Source: Candidatus Bathyarchaeota archaeon (GTDB lineage Archaea; Thermoproteota; Bathyarchaeia; 40CM-2-53-6; RBG-13-38-9). Taken from it: a stretch of DNA of 64,000 bases. A program made the translations under genes and the position numbers. Numbering within the stretch: the stretch's first letter is position 1; every line of letters begins with the position of its first letter. The notes beneath the pieces were generated by a model. That model had not been told where the DNA came from. It saw only the letters and a program-made list of their open reading frames with translations, and did not search any database. The stretch lies in NCBI GenBank assembly GCA_963807605.1, contig CAWECG010000001.1, forward strand, positions 154,620 through 218,619, read 5' to 3'. Positions 59,130 through 64,000 of the stretch are shown one piece after another.

Positions 59130-59996
59130 TCAGTGTTTGAGCGCATTTGCCATAAGATCCATCACCGAGGTTACCTTGACTCCAAGGTTATAGTGTTCGT
59201 TCAGATCATTCAGTTGTGAGCGACAATTCTCGCAAGCGGACGCGACGGCGTCTGGCTTCGTCTCTCTTATCTGTTCAGCCTTCCTTCTTCCAGTCTTCAT
59301 CCTCAACTCTTTGAAATCTGGTACTGCTACAACACCGCCACCAGCTCCGCAGCACCAATTGTATTGCCTGCTTGGGGGGGCCAGTTCTCTGAACTCCTTC
59401 ACAGCGGCTCTTAGAACGGTTCGAGGCTCTTCGTAGATCCCGCCGTTTCGTCCAAGCTGGCAAGGATCGTGATATGTTACGACTTCAGGGTTTGCTGATG
59501 GGTCGAGCTTGACTCTCCCGTCTTGGAGGTACTTGGCCATAATCTCCACGATGCTCTTGACTTGGAAGGGGAAGCTTCTGTTGAACCACTTTGATGCGAA
59601 CTGCTTCATCACGCGGTAGCCATGTCCACACTCAGTCATGACGACGCTCTTTACATTTAACGTCTCGGCTTCCTTTATGATCTGGCCTGTCAGGACCTTG
59701 GCGGCTTCAATATCTCCTAGAAAGTAGCTGTAGTTGGCTGCGTCAAAGAGGCTTAGCGACCAGCTATCTTTGGTATAGTTGAAGATCTTCGCAACCGGCA
59801 TTATCGTGTGTGCTCCTGCTATGGGAACGTACAGCATATCCGCACCCCGGTTCTTGACCGGGATTCTTGCTTCTGGATCCGCAGTCTCTGTCTGAAGCTG
59901 GGTTTCCAAGGTCTTAATTTGTTCCAGGTAGAGATCTTCGTATTGTGAGATGTTCTTTGCCTTCTCAACCCCGACTTGAGCTATCATTGTGAGCAT
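59130..59996 (-). CDS. HdrB/DsrK-like CCG-domain protein (two cysteine-rich domains, the second canonical)
   Basis: The C-terminal domain contains HDPC...NWCCGAGGG...CENC (CxnCCGxmCxxC). The N-terminal domain is degenerate (ECGHG). 288 aa. Its start lies 1 nt after the upstream stop (TGAgATG). Confidence 0.8.
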   Translation of the reverse strand: MLTMIAQVGVEKAKNISQYEDLYLEQIKTLETQLQTETADPEARIPVKNRGADMLYVPIAGAHTIMPVAKIFNYTKDSWSLSLFDAANYSYFLGDIEAAKVLTGQIIKEAETLNVKSVVMTECGHGYRVMKQFASKWFNRSFPFQVKSIVEIMAKYLQDGRVKLDPSANPEVVTYHDPCQLGRNGGIYEEPRTVLRAAVKEFRELAPPSRQYNWCCGAGGGVVAVPDFKELRMKTGRRKAEQIRETKPDAVASACENCRSQLNDLNEHYNLGVKVTSVMDLMANALKH

Positions 59997-59997
59997 C

Positions 59998-60390
59998 TCA
60001 GGGGCTGTGCCTCCGGTCTTGCAGAGGAATCTTCCGGCTGAGACTGGCCAGGGAGGATTCTATGCCGAAAGGGCAGTGGACAGTGCATCTTCTACACAGA
60101 GTGCACTCGAACATGGCATCCGAGACCTCTTTGAAGTTCTCATCGTTAAGCTCCATGGCTTTGAAGAACTTCGGGGCTAATCTTCCTGCGAGGGTGTAGT
60201 ATCTTCTGTGGACTCTGCGCAACAGGGCAAGCTTGTAGGCTGGTGAGTGGATCGGTGCATCGGTCTCGTAGTACATGTGGCAACGTTCTGTACAGGCACT
60301 GCAACGGGTGCAAGTGTCCAAGTGGTAGAATGCCTGTCTGGTCAGTCTCTTCTCAAGTGTCGCTGCAGTCTCTTTTCTGTTGTCAGTCAT
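59998..60390 (-). CDS. HdrC-like ferredoxin domain protein with two [4Fe-4S] motifs (N-terminal half of an HdrD/DsrK-type subunit)
   Basis: CTRCSACTERC and CTLCRRCTVHCP motifs. 130 aa. It overlaps the upstream cytochrome b gene by 4 nt. Confidence 0.75.
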   Translation of the reverse strand: MTDNRKETAATLEKRLTRQAFYHLDTCTRCSACTERCHMYYETDAPIHSPAYKLALLRRVHRRYYTLAGRLAPKFFKAMELNDENFKEVSDAMFECTLCRRCTVHCPFGIESSLASLSRKIPLQDRRHSP

Positions 60391-61103
60391 TTTCTCTCCA
60401 GCGTGATAAGCAGGCTAGTCAGTCCCATGCCCATGGAGTGAACCATCTTGCCGAGCGGAAAGTAGATCATAAAAATCAAGGTTAGCAAATAATGGATCAA
60501 GAAAGCTAGATCTGTTGGAAGATAGGAGGGTGAGAGCGCAGCCAGACTGACGAAGTATCTTCTCAGTTCAAGAAGGTTTGTGTTTGAGAAGAATCGAATA
60601 TAGATGCCGGATACAGCTATTGCCAAAACGAGTAGAATGGCAAAGTAGTCTTCAGGATCTGAGAGTTTCCTGAGAAATCTCGGAAATCGGCGACCAAAAA
60701 GGAAGAGGAGCGCGATGATCATTATGGCGCCTGTTGCACCGTCAAAGTACTTTGACACCAGTTGAAAGGTATTCGGATCGGTCTTGAGGATCTCCCAGAA
60801 CCAGATGTATTTGAAGAAGGCTTTGTAGTGGCTTATCACCACCATAATCAACGAGAGATGTAAAAGCAGTGCCCCAGCCCAGAGGGCCTTCTCCTCACGC
60901 AGTAACCTTGGGTATACGAGAACATCGCGTAACACTCTCGGGAAGGCTCGGCCAAAGCCTCTTGAACCGGGGTAGATTGTGAACTGCATTTTTGCCTTTG
61001 GCCTGCGCATCCACCTGTAAAGTCTGTAAAGCATACCATCTATTAGCACGATTAACGCGATGTACGGTAGGACCGCTGTGATAAAGAACGTTGTCCAGTC
61101 CAT
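60387..61103 (-). CDS. NarI/HdrE/DsrM-like membrane di-heme cytochrome b (quinone-interacting subunit)
   Basis: 238 aa with 5-6 TM helices carrying conserved His pairs (HLSLIMVVISH, HYLL, HSMG), an architecture typical of the NarG-gamma/HdrE family. Confidence 0.65.
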   Translation of the reverse strand: MDWTTFFITAVLPYIALIVLIDGMLYRLYRWMRRPKAKMQFTIYPGSRGFGRAFPRVLRDVLVYPRLLREEKALWAGALLLHLSLIMVVISHYKAFFKYIWFWEILKTDPNTFQLVSKYFDGATGAIMIIALLFLFGRRFPRFLRKLSDPEDYFAILLVLAIAVSGIYIRFFSNTNLLELRRYFVSLAALSPSYLPTDLAFLIHYLLTLIFMIYFPLGKMVHSMGMGLTSLLITLERK

Positions 61104-61133
61104 TGGCCCGGTGCTCTTCCATTTTCTTAGCGG

Positions 61134-61373
61134 CTATTTGGTCTTCTTCACATGGAACTTGATCGTTGTTCCTTCGCGTTCTGTTTTAAGGATCTCGTTA
61201 CCTGATGTCTTCGCCCACGCGGGGATATCTGCTAGAGTTCCAGGGTCGGTTGCCAGGACTTCTAGCACTGTCCCTGCTGGGTAATTTCTTATAGCCTCTG
61301 TGAGTTTGACTATGGGCACGGGACAGAAGAGTCCTCGTACATCCAATGTGGCGTTGGGTTTGATCTCAGTCAC
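61134..61373 (-). CDS. tusA: TusA-like sulfurtransferase (CPxP motif)
   Basis: DVRGLFCPVPIVK is the canonical TusA active-site context. 79 aa. Confidence 0.8.
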   Translation of the reverse strand: MTEIKPNATLDVRGLFCPVPIVKLTEAIRNYPAGTVLEVLATDPGTLADIPAWAKTSGNEILKTEREGTTIKFHVKKTK

Positions 61374-61386
61374 TTGTGGTCGCGCC

Positions 61387-61866
61387 CTAAATGAATAATG
61401 TCATTGACGCTCCTTGGCATAGTTCCACGAATGTGGCGGCGCCGATCAAGTCATCCACTTCGGGAATCAGGTCCTCTTTGGTTATGCCGGTTAACTGCAT
61501 CGTGGGAGTGCATGCGTGGAATTTGACTCCTTGTTCTTTTGCCATTTTGATCATTTCTGGGAGTGTCGGCATATTGCTCTTCTTCATTTTGCCCTTTATC
61601 ATCTTGGTAGCCATGGCTGTCATCCCTGGAAGCATGCCGAGGATGTTTGGAATCGGTAGCGAAGGATTCCCGACTGGGGACAACTTGAGATTAGCCGATT
61701 TCTTCTTGGTTATTATGTCCATTCCCCAGAAGGTAAAGTACAGGTGAACATCCCAACCCATGGCCGCAGCGGTCGTGGCTATCATGAACGGTGGAAAGGC
61801 CATGTCGAGTGTTCCTTTAGAGATGACAATTAGAGCTTTCTTTTTCTCTTCAGTCAAATGTCTCAC
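61387..61866 (-). CDS. dsrE: DsrE/DsrF-family sulfur relay protein (soluble DsrE3-like)
   Basis: 159 aa DsrE/DsrF-like fold pattern with a conserved Cys in the FHACTPTM context. GTG start sits within a GGAGGTGA RBS-like sequence. Confidence 0.7.
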   Translation of the reverse strand: MRHLTEEKKKALIVISKGTLDMAFPPFMIATTAAAMGWDVHLYFTFWGMDIITKKKSANLKLSPVGNPSLPIPNILGMLPGMTAMATKMIKGKMKKSNMPTLPEMIKMAKEQGVKFHACTPTMQLTGITKEDLIPEVDDLIGAATFVELCQGASMTLFI

Positions 61867-61953
61867 CTCCGAGAACTTTCTCAGTCTCCCTCAGGTGGCA
61901 CGTGTCCAGTTTTCCAGCGTTTTCTGGTTTCATCAATTGTCTAAACCCATTCC

Positions 61954-62292
61954 TTACTCTCGCCAGCCTGACCTTGTAGTCTTGGCCTCTTTGACCAGCT
62001 GTTCTTTCATGATGGACCTTACTAAGTTACATGCTTCTATGATTCTGGGGTTAGAGAGTGAGTAGTACACGCTTTTTCCTTCTCTTCTCTCATTGATTAT
62101 CCTGTTGCGGCGCATGACCGAGAGATGTTGAGAGACGTTGGGTTGTCTTAGTTGTGTGATGTTTGCAAGCTCGGTGACAGTCTTTTCGCCTTTTTCCAGA
62201 ATGTGAAGTATCTCGAGTCTCTTAGGATTGGTTAGGACCTTGCAGAACTCTGACTGCAGCTTGTACAGGGAGGGTTCGGACTCAGATAGCAA
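61954..62292 (-). CDS. ArsR/SmtB-family HTH transcriptional regulator
   Basis: Winged-HTH pattern NPKRLEILHILEKGEKTVTELANITQLRQPNVSQHLSVMR. 112 aa. First gene of the minus-strand cluster. Confidence 0.8.
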   Translation of the reverse strand: MLSESEPSLYKLQSEFCKVLTNPKRLEILHILEKGEKTVTELANITQLRQPNVSQHLSVMRRNRIINERREGKSVYYSLSNPRIIEACNLVRSIMKEQLVKEAKTTRSGWRE

Positions 62293-62510
62293 GAGTATTC
62301 AATATTTCGAATATTATGGCTCTATTAAAGCATTTGCGAGAATTACGTTCTAACTGGGTATTATCGATTAGGGCTAGCTCTAGAAGCAGGTTTACGCGCG
62401 CGCGCTTGGCGTGTTCTTAAGTTATGTCGGTGCAGAAACTTTAAGCTCTATCTTGCTAAGAGACACGATAGGCATCTACAACGTGCTCTTCCCTTTAAAG
62501 AGAAGTCAGC

Positions 62511-64000
62511 GATGTTTGACTTAGCGAAAGATAATCCGATATTTTATCATGTGCTGGTTAGTGTTGTAGGTGTCGCTGTGGGCATCCTGACTTGTGCTTT
62601 CTATCTGGTATATCTGACCTTATGGTCAGAGATCACTAAAATCATAGAGTACTATAGGCCCTTCTTTTTTGTTTCTGCCTTTCTAGCCTTGGGTTTGTCT
62701 TACTTACTAGTCAGACTTTTCGCAGAAACAAAGATCACAGGGAGTGGAACTCATACTGTCCTAGAGGTTTTCCACCTTAGAAATGGCGATGTGAGTTTTC
62801 GCGACGCATTGATCAAGCCATTGGCGTCCATGTTTACCCTAGGATTCGGAGGAAGCGCTGGACCAGAGGGTCCCAGCTTGCTTCTCGGTGGGGGCGTAGC
62901 CTCGGGAATCTCAAAAAAGTTCAAAGTCAAAACAAGTTTCATGCGAAGCATATTTATCTCTGGTGCTGCTGCTGGTCTGTCCGCGACGTTTAGAACTCCC
63001 CTGACCGGAATACTTTTCGCGTTGGAAATCCCTTATAAACGAGGATTTGAAAGGGAGACATTTATCGATGCTTCCATCGCCTCAATTGTGTCTTATCTTG
63101 TCGCAGTGACAATTCTGGGTAGTGAGAGGATTTTCAAGATTGTAGAGAATGTTCAACTATCTTTAGACAATATTCTTTTGTCTCTACTCTTGGGGCTGCT
63201 ATGCGGCGTCTATGCCCTATTTTTCGTCAAGACTTTCAATCTATTCGGAAGATTTGGATCGGAGATTAGAAAGAAAGCTGGAAGTTACGGAATGATCGCT
63301 TTGGGTAGCATCATGTTGGGGGCAGCAGGATATTTCTCTCTTTTCAGCATTGGTGTAGGCCTGAATTTTGTCGACGCTCTCGTCTATGGGGAAGCCATGA
63401 CATTGACCTTTTTAGTCATTCTGATTCTAGTAAGGACTTTTGCAACCTGTGTAACCTTGAATTTCGGTGGTGGTGGGGGGCTCTTTTTCCCAACAATAGT
63501 TATTGGTGCAGGCATTGGTTACCTTTTCTCCACTATTTCAGGGACACCCTCGCAGGAGCTCTTTATTGCGATAGCTATAGCTGCTTTACTGGCTGGAACG
63601 CACAAGATGCTTCTTACGCCCGTCGCTTTCATAGTTGAAACATTGGGGGGCGGTTATGCCATACCTGCCCTGCTTGCTAGCAGTGTAAGTTACTTGGTGT
63701 CGGGAAAGTCTTCGTTCTATCCCCTTCAACTTGATACAAAACTGAAGTATGAAGAGCTTGCCCTTCAAAGGTTCTACGTCGACGCGAAGAAATCGATTCC
63801 AGAACGCTTGCGTACCACTATGGCAAAGGACTTTATGACAAAGAATGTCTTAGCTCTAAACTTGGGAATGAACGTTAAAGATGCCTTAGGGAAGTTCAGT
63901 ACGACACACTTCAGAGTCTTACCCGTTATAGATCAAGAATATGACGTTGTTGGATATGTGACTCTAGAAGATCTCGGACACATAAGAAAGATGCATTATG
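62511..64000 (+). CDS. ClC-family voltage-gated chloride channel / H+-Cl- antiporter with C-terminal CBS domain, 3' end outside the window
   Basis: An uninterrupted open frame runs from ATG 62511 to the window end (496 codons). The ORF track omits it because it has no stop. ClC motifs GSGTH, GFGGSAGPEGP and GGGLFFP are present, and a CBS-like region begins near the end. Confidence 0.85.

Noticed and set aside
1-64000. CRISPR arrays, transposases/IS elements, integrases, rRNA genes
   Set aside because: There are no arrays of regularly spaced direct repeats. No DDE or serine/tyrosine recombinase-like ORFs are present, and no rRNA-like conserved segments were seen on either strand.

Overview
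This is a 64 kb window of an archaeal chromosome, roughly 48-50% GC. It looks TACK-like: ribosomal protein L13e, the Rrp4-Rrp41-Rrp42/proteasome/RNase P 'exosome superoperon' and a LysW-type amino-group-carrier cluster are all present. Gene density is high and most genes are core metabolism or information processing.

In order, the window contains:
- The 3' end of a lysX/argX-argC-argB-argD-argE (LysW-pathway) cluster.
- A homocitrate/isopropylmalate synthase with a C-terminal RAM-like domain.
- ilvB-ilvN-ilvC-leuC-leuD-[disrupted native leuB]-leuA, followed by a second IDH/IPMDH-family dehydrogenase.
- On the minus strand, a his operon hisD-hisC-HAD-hisB-hisH-hisA-hisF-hisIE.
- pheA, r-proteins S15, S3Ae, L15e, L13e and L37Ae, a RecJ/GAN-like DHH protein, Pcc1, and a methanogen-type (atypical) seryl-tRNA synthetase.
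- glmM and a glmU-like gene, isopentenyl phosphate kinase plus GGPP synthase, Pth2, and a metallophosphoesterase.
- The superoperon itself: DUF54-like, Rpp30, Pop5, PsmA, Sdo1, Rrp4, Rrp41, Rrp42, L37Ae, Brix, with prefoldin beta after a gap.
- A second DHH phosphoesterase, ECF transporter ecfA1-ecfA2-ecfT, a short XPF nuclease, a SIS isomerase, and diphthine-ammonia ligase lying convergent with EF-2.
- A minus-strand cluster arsR-dsrE-tusA-narI/hdrE-like-hdrC-like-hdrB-like-tetraheme cytochrome c.
- A ClC channel gene that runs off the 3' end.

The main anomalies are:
- (a) A complete dehydrogenase gene with foreign, AT-rich codon usage and its own AAGGAG RBS replaces the middle of native leuB. 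Native N- and C-terminal remnants remain in the same reading frame, and both junctions sit in GCGCGCGC tracts.
- (b) The essential EF-2 gene is interrupted after codon 23 by a perfect 19-nt palindrome, CTAGGCAACATTTGCCTAG. Its arm sequence is repeated once about 490 bp upstream.
- (c) ilvN carries a +1 frameshift at an A4 run. Two small minus-strand ORFs are also broken, at G7/C7 and T8 runs.
- (d) A TusA/DsrE sulfur relay is linked to a membrane HdrDE/DsrMK-like module plus a tetraheme cytochrome c. This is the best candidate for an undescribed system.
- (e) A large HAD hydrolase embedded in the his operon is a candidate for the missing histidinol-phosphate phosphatase.
- (f) TTTGC/GCAAA-centred palindromes recur in intergenic regions.
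- (g) An ~830 nt gene-poor gap interrupts the otherwise compact superoperon.

No CRISPR array, transposase, rRNA or convincing tRNA gene was found.
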